A DNA stretch of 63,885 bases, filler included, from Schmidtea nova (taxonomy: Eukaryota): assembly GCA_044892505.1 (NCBI GenBank). It is 4 parts of 2 records of this genome, joined end to end, with 100 filler letters (N's around TTAATTAATTAA, not from the genome) between each part and the next. Parts side by side here need not be neighbours in the genome. Positions count along the whole stretch, not along the records: positions 29,798 to 59,552 come from CM097882.1; 3 more parts are not named here. One strand, 5' to 3'. The first letter of the stretch is position 1, and each line of letters begins with the position of its first letter. Shown one piece after another: positions 48,537 through 58,200 of the stretch. The translations under genes were made by a program, and so were the position numbers. Below the pieces are notes generated by a model, which worked only from the letters and a program-made list of their open reading frames with translations, was not told the origin of the DNA and did no database searches.

Positions 48537-51500
48537 TTATGGTTTACGTTTCAATGGTTGACCCGCTATTGCTTCCATTGTCAAGGTATTCATGAGATCT
48601 AGTTGTGCTGGCGTTATTCCAATTTCCAAACTGTTATCTAATGATCGTCCTTGGTGTTGTAAATGGAATGGTGGTTCGTATCTCAATTTCTTTTTAATAT
48701 CTCGGATTTTTTCTGCTATTCCTACCCAAAATTCTTCCTTATCCTTGTTTGGATATATTATTCTTAAATGTACTTTTTGTGGAATTTCCTGCGAGAATTC
48801 TTGATTTCTCCATTTCCTAATTACGTGGTCTAGTTGTTCCGGACACCACTCGTTAACTCTTTTATATTCTGCGATTGCTTTTGCCACTTTACGCAAGCAT
48901 GTTATATCTTCTCCATTAACCACGAAAAAATCTGCGAGACCTTTTATTACTTTTCTCTTACCGTGCGCATTAGTTTTTAATATTTCGACAAATTCTTCCG
49001 TTTTTTGCTTTTCCTTTTCTAACCATATAGCCGCTGTTTCTGGTCCATCTAGGTCTATTGGCGTAGCTTTCCTTGTTACCATGCAAACCCTTCCCATTTC
49101 TGGTTCGCAGTCATCTTCCATTCCTTTTTCATATTCTTCTTCATATTCACCTTCTTTTGGTTCCCAACATTTTCCTTGCTCGTTCCATTGTTTTTCTACG
49201 GGTGTTCGTATTCGTCTGTTGAGATTGAGTTCTTCCAATACATTTTCCCACTCCGGCCAAATCCGCCAATTTCGATAGATGTCTACTATTTGTTGTAATT
49301 TGCGCACAACTTCTTTTTGTCGTTCCCGTTCTTTTTTCTCATCTTTAACAGTTTCCCTTGGTGTATCGTCCATTCTGATCACGTGGATTGTTTGGTAATT
49401 ATCCCATATGCCAATCTTATATAGTCGTCTCTCATCGTGATCCCACAATATATGTTCGTTATATTTCATGATTATATCGTCTTCCCATTCGTCTTCTAGT
49501 TCTCTTTGCACCAGTGTCTCGTTTATGACCTTTACTAATTCTCTTATGGTGCAATCTGCTACCACTTCAATTTCTTTGGTATCCTCATTAGGTAACTCTA
49601 TTGAAATTTTTAGATCCGCTATTTTCCCTTGTCTGAACATTGTTTTTCCCATTTTTGCGATTAATTTGTCGTGTGAGATCTGTGACCATCTCGTGTGACT
49701 TGTGTCACGTATGCACTCGATGCATCGTTTCAGCTTCTCGTATTCGCTTCTCATTAACTCTTTTCTATGTTTTTTGACTTGTGGTATGATTTGTTCTATC
49801 AGGGAATTTAGATTTTTTCGTAAGATTCGTCCTTTCTCGTATTCTAACCGTGGTTTTATTCTCCTTTCAAAGCACGTGTTTGCTTCATTTGCAACTTCTT
49901 GTAGGTTCTCTTCTTCCTTTTCATCGCATATTGATAACAGGGTTACTTCTCCTGGCCATATACCTGTTTCTACTAAGTGCGTTCTTTTCTTTACGAGTCT
50001 ATTCTGCGAATAGATGAATTTGTTTTTATATGAGCTCCCTAGCCTGTCCTCTACCCATCTGTAGATATCGTCTGTAAATGGAGTTTTGATCCAGATTCTT
50101 GGTGTAGATGTATTTATCATTATTGAGATGGTGTAATTGAGGAGTGGTTCCTCTATTAATTTCCCTACGTATCGATTTAACATATCTACTTCTCGGTCTT
50201 GTAACCATTCTTTGTAGTTCATTTGCAATAATGCTTTCATGAATTTCCTATATTGTTTCTTGTCCATGAATTCTTCGTTATATATTACTTCTAGCGAATT
50301 ATCTAGTAATTTCTGGATTTCATCTACTTTTATCTGAGTAGGTTCTGAGGTCTTTATTACTTTTATCTCTTTGTTTTCGTCTTCGGGTTCGTTTAATATG
50401 TCTCCTGCTAGGCTACTGATATCACTATCTTCTTCCTCATCGGAAAACTCTCTGGTGGTATTTCTTAACATATTAATGTGTGCTATTTGGTTCGTTTCCC
50501 CCTGTATATTCTCCGTTGGTTCTGGTTCGTTTTTGTCAATCTCTGGTGTTGGTTCACTCTTGTCCTCTATTACTTCGACTTTTCTCATTTTCTTCTCCAA
50601 CTGGTCTATCTCTTTCAGACGTCTTCTTATCATTTTTCCTTTAAATATTCGACTGATTCGGGTTTCGTGACGTATTCGTGCTGGAGTTTTCTCTGGTTCT
50701 ATTTCTTTGATAATCATCACGTTTCTTTTTGTTTCTACTACTCCCATGTTTTCCCATATATCCGTTAACTTCAACTTTACTTCTGGCGCACCTTCTATTT
50801 GTAAGAACGCTTCTCTGGGAAGTTTCGTTACTCCTGGAACCATCTGGTTTACTTTATTGAACAGTATTTCCACCTCTTCTTTTACGTTATATTGGAATCG
50901 GAACATATGGTTGTTGGGCATGATTACCATCATTCCTTTTTTCCAAATTTTCCTCCTCTCTTCCTGGTTTATCTCAGTTTCTACTTCCTTTTCTATTTCT
51001 TTTTCTGCTTCCTTATCGTCTTGTATTACTCCTTTTCGACTTCCATTGTCGGTTGGATTCGAATTTATTTCTAATGTGGTTTCTTTCTCTGTTTGCTTTG
51101 TTGCTCTCATCATGTTAATTCTTAGAGGTTGTCGCTCTCTTTCTTGCTGTTTTTGTTCATCTTCTCTTTGTATTCTTGCCCATTCCTGAGCGTGTCGTGC
51201 TTGACTTTCTCGATTCAACCGTTCGTTTTCACTTTCTATCTTTCTCATCATGCTAATTTGTTGTTGATTGGTTTGCGGATTTCCTCTCGTCGTGTTGTTT
51301 ATAAGTTCCGTCAACCTTTGGACTTCTTGCATCAAATGTATTTCTTTGGTGGTGGTTTTGTTCTGACTATTGTTATTATTGACTTGTTGGTTTCCATAAT
51401 CTTGTCGGTTTACGGTATTTGTTTGATTTCCGTAATTTTGTCGGTTTCCGTTGCTCTGCCAATTTCCTCGCTGGTTACTTTTTTGTCCGCAATTTCTTGA

Positions 51501-52910
51501 ATAGTGACCAGGTCGTCCGCAGTTAAAACAGGTTATCGTAGAACATCTACTCTCCGAGTGTCCTTTAACTCCACATTTTCCGCAATTCAAATTTTGATAA
51601 CATTCCTGCTGCCAATGTCCCAACTTTTCACATGTTTTACATTGTTTTGTTTGTCCTTGAGGGTTGTAATTGTTTTGGTTTCCAAAGTTCTGCACTTTAT
51701 TTCCTTCATTCCTTCTTTGAGGGGGTGGTCGGTTTAATTGTTGCGAATTTGGAATGTGATTGTTGAGATTTACTTCTGGTTCAGTTTGTTCTGTGTCCAT
51801 GGCTAAATAAATTCTGCCCTCACTTCCTATCATATGCAATTCGAATCTGTTAGGTGTTTCTAACGCTTGATCTATGGTTTTGCATCCTTGGCATCCAACT
51901 TGCGCTCTTATGTCAGGTCTTCTTAATCCTCCTATGAAGATGGCTGCCATTAGTTCCTCGTTTATTGGACTCCCATCCTTAAATACCGATTTTGCTAATT
52001 TTTTCAGTTCGCTCGCGTATACCGCGTTAGACTCATTCATCTTTTGTTTTCTCATCGAAAATTCTATGAATGCTTCGCTTAGCTCTTTATTTATTCCAAA
52101 TGTTTGTTGGAAAAAGTCCTTTATCGCTGGCCAGTTTGCAGGTGGATTGGTACCATTTTTCGCTTCCAAATATAGGTCCAATGCACTATCTTTCAAATAT
52201 AGCTGAATTCTGCTTACCGTTGTTTCGGCTTTCCATTTGCATACTTCCACGAATATGCCAAATTCCTTTAAAAAGGTTTCTAATTTACTTGCATCTCCGT
52301 TAAACGGTTCTCCTGAAAATTTATCCTTTATTTCTTCTCTTGGTTCACCCATTTCAATTCCGCTGTCTTGAGTTGTTTTACTTTCGTTTCCTCTTGTTTC
52401 TAGTTCGTTGTTATGTTCGTCTTCTGTTTCACTCGAGCTTGAATCGCTTTCTGTTTCTCTTACTACTTCGTTATCCGATATTATATTTTCGTTATCACTC
52501 TCGTTGGTTTCTACTTCTGGTTCTACCTCGTTTTCTACTTCTTCGATATTATCGTTGTTAGTTTCGCCGATTTCTCCTTCTTGTTCTATCTCGTGTTCTA
52601 TTTCTTCGATATTATCGTTGTTAGTTTCGTCGATTTCTATTTCACTTGTTTGGTTCTCCTTGGGTTCCGCTTGGTTTTCCTTATTACTTGAGCTGTTGCT
52701 TACTACCGACAATTTATCGTTTTCGATAATCGCTTTATCTCTTATTATCTTCCTTGCTTTACTCCCTTGTAGATTTTTGTTGTTATCTTTGCCGGCTTTC
52801 TTCTTTTTTGTTGGGTTTGTTGTAGTACTAGTTTTGTCTTTTTTGTTAATATCGCTGCCGACTTTCTTTTCTGTTGGCTTTATTACGACACTCTTTACTC
52901 CTGTTCTCAA
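48537..52910 (-). CDS. gag: Gag (capsid-like, three CCHC knuckles) with a ~900-aa C-terminal extension including two ubiquitin-like domains
   Basis: FNGDASKLETFLKEF..RKQKMNESNAVYASELKKL..FIGGLRRPDIR capsid pattern; CKTCEKLGHWQQEC, CGKCGVKGHSESRC, CFNCGRPGHYSRNC. The ORF start is a TTG; the first ATG is near 52352. Confidence 0.92.
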   Translation of the reverse strand: MRTGVKSVVIKPTEKKVGSDINKKDKTSTTTNPTKKKKAGKDNNKNLQGSKARKIIRDKAIIENDKLSVVSNSSSNKENQAEPKENQTSEIEIDETNNDNIEEIEHEIEQEGEIGETNNDNIEEVENEVEPEVETNESDNENIISDNEVVRETESDSSSSETEDEHNNELETRGNESKTTQDSGIEMGEPREEIKDKFSGEPFNGDASKLETFLKEFGIFVEVCKWKAETTVSRIQLYLKDSALDLYLEAKNGTNPPANWPAIKDFFQQTFGINKELSEAFIEFSMRKQKMNESNAVYASELKKLAKSVFKDGSPINEELMAAIFIGGLRRPDIRAQVGCQGCKTIDQALETPNRFELHMIGSEGRIYLAMDTEQTEPEVNLNNHIPNSQQLNRPPPQRRNEGNKVQNFGNQNNYNPQGQTKQCKTCEKLGHWQQECYQNLNCGKCGVKGHSESRCSTITCFNCGRPGHYSRNCGQKSNQRGNWQSNGNRQNYGNQTNTVNRQDYGNQQVNNNNSQNKTTTKEIHLMQEVQRLTELINNTTRGNPQTNQQQISMMRKIESENERLNRESQARHAQEWARIQREDEQKQQERERQPLRINMMRATKQTEKETTLEINSNPTDNGSRKGVIQDDKEAEKEIEKEVETEINQEERRKIWKKGMMVIMPNNHMFRFQYNVKEEVEILFNKVNQMVPGVTKLPREAFLQIEGAPEVKLKLTDIWENMGVVETKRNVMIIKEIEPEKTPARIRHETRISRIFKGKMIRRRLKEIDQLEKKMRKVEVIEDKSEPTPEIDKNEPEPTENIQGETNQIAHINMLRNTTREFSDEEEDSDISSLAGDILNEPEDENKEIKVIKTSEPTQIKVDEIQKLLDNSLEVIYNEEFMDKKQYRKFMKALLQMNYKEWLQDREVDMLNRYVGKLIEEPLLNYTISIMINTSTPRIWIKTPFTDDIYRWVEDRLGSSYKNKFIYSQNRLVKKRTHLVETGIWPGEVTLLSICDEKEEENLQEVANEANTCFERRIKPRLEYEKGRILRKNLNSLIEQIIPQVKKHRKELMRSEYEKLKRCIECIRDTSHTRWSQISHDKLIAKMGKTMFRQGKIADLKISIELPNEDTKEIEVVADCTIRELVKVINETLVQRELEDEWEDDIIMKYNEHILWDHDERRLYKIGIWDNYQTIHVIRMDDTPRETVKDEKKERERQKEVVRKLQQIVDIYRNWRIWPEWENVLEELNLNRRIRTPVEKQWNEQGKCWEPKEGEYEEEYEKGMEDDCEPEMGRVCMVTRKATPIDLDGPETAAIWLEKEKQKTEEFVEILKTNAHGKRKVIKGLADFFVVNGEDITCLRKVAKAIAEYKRVNEWCPEQLDHVIRKWRNQEFSQEIPQKVHLRIIYPNKDKEEFWVGIAEKIRDIKKKLRYEPPFHLQHQGRSLDNSLEIGITPAQLDLMNTLTMEAIAGQPLKRKP

Positions 52911-53520
52911 CGGGATTACTTTTGTATACTCAATTTTCCTGTCTTATCTCTTATCGTTTTCTGATTCTTCTTGTTTGATTGATTGATTTGATTGATTTGT
53001 ATATCTAAAATACAAAGGTCCTCAACGATACATTATTGTTGTCGTCGCGCTTTTATTCCATTTCTTTCGGGATTACTTATTACTGGGTTTTCATTATTTC
53101 CCCATTCCCAGATTCCCCTTTATTTTTAGTCTATTTAATTTATCTATAGACTGGTCACAATTATCTATTTATGTCGTAATAATTATCTATACTTTTATAA
53201 ATCAATTACTTTTCCCACAGTTTCCCAATTTATTGGTCGCTCGAGCGCTCTAATTCCTTGAGTCTTTCTGACTCGTTTATCATTATTTATCATCTCTATT
53301 CATTATTCCCTGCTAGCAATCGTTTTACTCATTCTGCCGGTTGCTCCGGTCAGCCCAAATTTTTTCTATTCTCCTTGCATGCTTTACTTAAGGTTGCATA
53401 ATCAGCTTTACTCGCATTTCTTAACTACTAGTGCGCACTATTCTAAATCTCGTCGACGATTACACTATGGGTCTATATTCCCTCTGTTACTAATTACCCG
53501 GATATCTCTATAATTCTCTA

Positions 53521-53776
53521 TGGCTCTTTTGGCCTCAATTTTAATATCTCACATGGCTCTATTGGCCTTAATTTAATATCTCAACTGGCTCTACTGGCCT
53601 CAATTTAATCTCTCATATGGCTCTATTGGCCTCAATTTAATCTCTCACATGGCTCTATTGGCCTTAATTTAATATCTCAATTGGCTCTATTGGCCTCAAT
53701 TTAATATCTCGATTGGCTCTATTGGCCTCAATTTAATATCTCAATTGGCTCTACTGGCCTCAATTTAATATCTCAA
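53521..53776. repeat. 32-bp tandem array (8 copies) in the element leader
   Basis: TGGCTCTA(T/C)TGGCCTCAATTTAATATCTCA.. units start at 53521, 53554, 53586, 53618, 53650, 53682, 53714 and 53746. Confidence 0.95.
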
Positions 53777-53816
53777 TAATGCCTAGCTAGGTCATTCAAT
53801 ATGGCTCATTGGCCAC

Positions 53817-53955
53817 AACCCTTTGTTTCAAGGGACAACCGCTAATAACCCTTTGTTTCAAGGGACAACTCTAATAACCCTTTGTTTCAAGGGACAACTC
53901 TCATAACCCTTTGTTTCAAGGGACAACTCTCATAACCCTTTGTTTCAAGGGACAA
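53817..53955. repeat. 29-bp tandem array (5 copies) with an internal hairpin
   Basis: AACCCTTTGTTTCAAGGGACAA at 53817, 53847, 53876, 53905 and 53934. Confidence 0.95.
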
Positions 53956-54427
53956 ACCTCGTATAACTTTACTTAACCGGTTAATCACAATTCCTAACTT
54001 CGCTAGCGACTTAAATTTCTCAGCTGAGTTATAACTACTTCTATGCGAGCTGATTATGCACCTTTTTATACCGTCATTCATTTTCTATTTTATCGTAACT
54101 ATTTTCTGATCAGTCTGCTTCAATATTTTATTAATTTTTCTATGCGCGCCTTACTCCATCAAGAGTTCCCTATCTCTCTCCCCAACCAAAATATACAAAA
54201 AGATCGCGTTGGTCTATTAATGCGGGATGTGGTGATCAGTCACATCACAAAAACTTTCCAACATTTGCGATGGGCCCCTTTCTATATGCTCTGAATGGGT
54301 TGATCAATCGGTGCCTCCCAGAGGATTCTTACCGGACTACTTTGTAGTAGCTCAAAAATTATTTAAATACAATGATTGTTCCCATGATTCACCATTCGAC
54401 ATTTTACTAATCAACTCTAAACATTTA

Positions 54428-54931
54428 TTACAAATAAACTATAATTTTTTCATTCACAGTAAAGTTGCACATCGGACACCGGTCACACTTGCTGGCACAG
54501 ATCTTACAAAAACGGAAATGTCCGCAAGGTAAAAACATAATTTGTATCTCGTTGTTTTCACATATATAGCACTGTCGGTATTTTTTCGCTGCTTCTACTC
54601 CTTGTATTCTCCATCGATTGTATGTTGGGGTTAATTGTTGTTCTATTTGTCTGCATCTAATGTTTAGTTCCGCAGTCTCTAGTCGTGCTCTGTACCATTT
54701 GTAGCGGGTTTTTATGTCGATTTTACTTGTTCCTTCTGTTATCTTTATTAATTCATCAGTTTCCTCGGTCTGTGTTGTGGGTTCTTGAAATTCAATTTCT
54801 CTAAATCGGTTTATTTTCTTGCCAATTGTTGCTAATGTTTCGCTTTCTGTGTTGAGAAATTCTTCGATTTCTTTCAGTTTTTCCTCCATTTGCTGAATAA
54901 ATAATCGTTTTAACTTTGTTGTTTTTATCAT
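54428..54931 (-). CDS. Coiled coil + C-terminal IAP-type RING finger protein (167 aa)
   Basis: CYICENNEIQIMFLPCGHFRFCKICASKCDRCPMCNFTVNEKIIVYL at the extreme C-terminus, the IAP/XIAP-type RING pattern; no BIR domain. Confidence 0.88.
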   Translation of the reverse strand: MIKTTKLKRLFIQQMEEKLKEIEEFLNTESETLATIGKKINRFREIEFQEPTTQTEETDELIKITEGTSKIDIKTRYKWYRARLETAELNIRCRQIEQQLTPTYNRWRIQGVEAAKKYRQCYICENNEIQIMFLPCGHFRFCKICASKCDRCPMCNFTVNEKIIVYL

Positions 54932-54935
54932 TTTT

Positions 54936-55021
54936 AAAGTAGTAATATGTCTCGTTTTGTGTCTTTTAATATTTATTTAAAGTAGTAATATGTTTCGTTT
55001 TGCATCTTTTAATATTTATTT
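54936..55021. repeat. 43-bp tandem duplication just upstream of the RING ORF
   Basis: AAAGTAGTAATATGT(C/T)TCGTTTTG..TCTTTTAATATTTATTT twice. Confidence 0.85.
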
Positions 55022-55237
55022 ACTCTCCCCGTGTTTCCGAAAATTGTCGTCCCGACAAATTATTTATGCATGCATTTGATTTTTATAACTTTACTTTTAT
55101 TTGCTGTTGTGTTTGTTGTTTATTTTTGTACATAATTTAGATTTAATTACAAATTTTCTGTTTTTATTAAATTTATTCACACGACACGAGCACTTTAAAC
55201 TTCTCTGCAAATTTTGCATTCACATTTTTCGAAGCTA

Positions 55238-55255
55238 ATCCCGGCTGAGCCGCCA
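55238..55255 (-). promoter_or_regulatory. Primer-binding site, tRNA-Pro-like
   Basis: TGGCGGCTCAGCCGGGAT lies 6 nt after the LTR 3' end and is complementary to a tRNA 3' end ..ATCCCGGCTGAGCCGCCA, which resembles eukaryotic tRNA-Pro (..ATCCCGGACGAGCCCCCA). Confidence 0.8.
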
Positions 55256-55261
55256 AATTTA

Positions 55262-58200
55262 TGCTGGGTTCATGGACGGTGTAGTAAACATTCAAATGAT
55301 TGCCAGGGATCTCCCATCCATGATCATGCATAAATAGTCGTAAGCTACACTCGAGCGCCCTTGATTATTTCCCTTGATAACCAAGTTGGTGTTGCGCAGG
55401 GTGGTTAAACAATGAGGGGCAGGTGAGCACTATTGCTAGGACTACTCCCCCTTTATGTTTACGGGTTCACGCGGCCGTAGAAGGACTTACGCAATTATTG
55501 TTCTATTGTGTGTGTGTGATGTTATGTATTTATCATAACAAAAAAAAAACAAGCAAGCAAAACGAAACTACGAATTTGATAATATTTAAATTCTTTATCG
55601 CTACTCCTTTCGTTGTGTGACGGGTAATTTAATTATATGAATTAGGTAATCGAAGGAAATACTTAGGAAATAACAACAACAACAAAAACGAACAAAGATT
55701 TAATTAACTCCAAAATCTGACATCATATTCTATCTGCTACAGAAATTCTTTGAAAATTCCTTCAGGAGGGAATATCTCTGATAACCACTCGGCTTCCGAC
55801 ATTTCTGCCATAGTGGTTACTTGTGCTTGCAGCTGCTGAGAGAACAGCTTTCTTTGGCGACGGCGCTTGGAACCGATTCGCTTTCGCTTGTTCGTTTTCC
55901 CGACGGGGTTTGGCGTAATGGCGGCTTTCACCCGGCTCTGCACTGTGGTTGCTTCGAGCCCATCGGTATCCGTACTGACCGAGCAGGCCACTTTCTGTTC
56001 TCCTACCCATTTCTGGTAGGTGATGGGTCGGATTTGTGCTTTCAATTCGGACTCGATAAATGAAGTCGTCACCGAATGGAGACATCGGCGCAACTCAATT
56101 TTTGTTGCTTCCCATTCGGTGCGATAATCGTCAGCTGTCTTTTGAGCCCTTTCCGTCCGACTCATCTGCTCCTTCATACGGGCTGGGGCGAACCAGCTGG
56201 TCCGTAAATACTGAATCTGAGCTTCTGCCTTGGCTCGTAATGCTTTTTCCTGATTTAGCTCTTTTTCTAAGGCTCGGCGGATCCTCCACGCCTTGTCCAA
56301 TTCTCGCTGTTGGCTAGTTTCCGTCATACTAAATAACAAACCCATTTTATGATGCAGCAATTATGTTACCAACGATTAATATTATCCGTCGAGTGTAAAA
56401 ATTATAGGATTAAATAAATAGAAATACATTTAACTAAGAACAAGCAAAACACAGATCAACACCATTTAATTTATAGAAACATTTAGTTCATAGTAATGTG
56501 AATAGAACTTTTAGTGGCAAACGCTTCGCTTGAGGCCGTGAACCGGGGTAATATGCAACCCGTGATTGACTGGATCTCGTCGGATGTGAGCCATCGAACA
56601 GTTTAGTTTGGGGCGTCCATGGTCCGCTTTCGGCAAGTGGTTCAGAATCAAACCGAATTGAAGCAGCATGTGGGGCGAGACGTATCCCCAGTGGATTACG
56701 GTCGTTGGGTTGCCTGCGATGTCCGTCAACACTATGATGAATCGAGCTGTCGTTTCGGGGTCTCTTTCGTCTGAATTTTTCCATCCGGGGCCTCCTCGAT
56801 ATATGATGGTATCTAATCCACCGGTTCAAATCGAAAATGGACATTTTTTCCCAGTTCCCGTCTCCACTTGTACATCAACGCATTTAGCGTTCTTAGAAGT
56901 TCCTGTGGAAGCGACTTCAATTTCTTCTGTTGCGTCCGGATTAGAGGATTTTCGTCCCGTGCCACACGACGTTGGGTTGTTAGAAATTCATCCAGTATCG
57001 TTGATTTCATCTGAGAAAATAATAATGCTAATAAAATTTACTGTGACGAATCCGCAAATTTTGGTGAGACCTGATGAAATGTGCTCCTCTCGTTGATCAA
57101 CAAAACAAAAAAAATATGAAAAGGAGGAATAAAAAAAATTTTCTAAGCTATTCAATTAACACCGTCGCTATATACAGCGATCGGGATACGTTTATTAAAA
57201 ATTTACATATTATCACCTGCGCTATTTACAGCGATCAGGTTACGGTTTTACTTATTCAATCAGTAGTGTCAATCTGATTATGTTGTTATTTATATCTTAA
57301 TTAAAACTATCGTTGAAATGTCGAAATCGTCTCGGTGTGTCCGGACATTATTTCGATCAGCTATGTGGATTCGAAAAATCGTGTGCATATGCTAAATCGA
57401 TTTAGTTGACATGATAATTGATACTGTAGTTTATTCTCCCCTGTCTGATCGAACGTTAATTAACTAATGTTAAACACTGTCTACTAATTTTACCCGTGTC
57501 CTTGTCCCTGTACAACTTTACCGTAAAGTTAAACCTCTGATAAAAATTAAATTAAATAAAAAATACCAATAGAAACTCTGCTCACCATCTTGTGGAACGG
57601 TGAAATCCCACATTTACGGCTTACTCCCTCGCAGCGTGAGCTACTGAGGAAGTATATTTATCATATCATAAACTAATAGCATAAGAAAATAGAGCAATTA
57701 ATAGTAATAAATTATATTAAATGAAATGAATGGGAATCATGTAAAACATATCATAAAATTAGTTCAAATACAATACAACAAAATTTACTATTTAAATCCA
57801 AGATGCAGCGTTTCCAAAATTTTACACAATATTTGTCGTATCAAAGTTGATGTAACTGACTGTTATAGATCAGTTCGGTAGCTAAGTTTTTAGGTGGTGT
57901 CTTTATGATTTTTGGATCGGTATTTATACTGATCCAGTTGGTCAGATTGACCAATCAGGATCAGGCCGTCCATCAAAGTAATTTTGTTATTTTATTTTAA
58001 TATAAACCATTTTAAATTTCCGGTTCAGATTTCTCGCTGGGTGGTCCCGATTTTTTCAAGTAATTAACCAATTAATTGTACTTTTATTTGATTTTATTTG
58101 TAATTTTCTTATTTCAGACCCCCATACTGCTCGTTCCCGTGTCAATTTGATTTTCTTCCTTTGCTGGAAATTTAGTAATTATTATTTATTATTTTATTTT

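Noticed and set aside
35924-52945. Alternative genetic code (TAA/TAG = Gln) to explain the in-frame stops
   Set aside because: Neighbouring ORFs with clear natural C-termini (TRAF, RING) end in standard stops, and the host looks metazoan.
32198-52986. Many plus-strand hydrophobic ORFs (F/L/S/V-rich) and minor overlapping ORFs within the giant element
   Set aside because: Antisense shadows of the A-rich sense strand; no motifs.
53521-53955. Repeat arrays as CRISPR
   Set aside because: No unique spacers, eukaryotic context, no cas genes.
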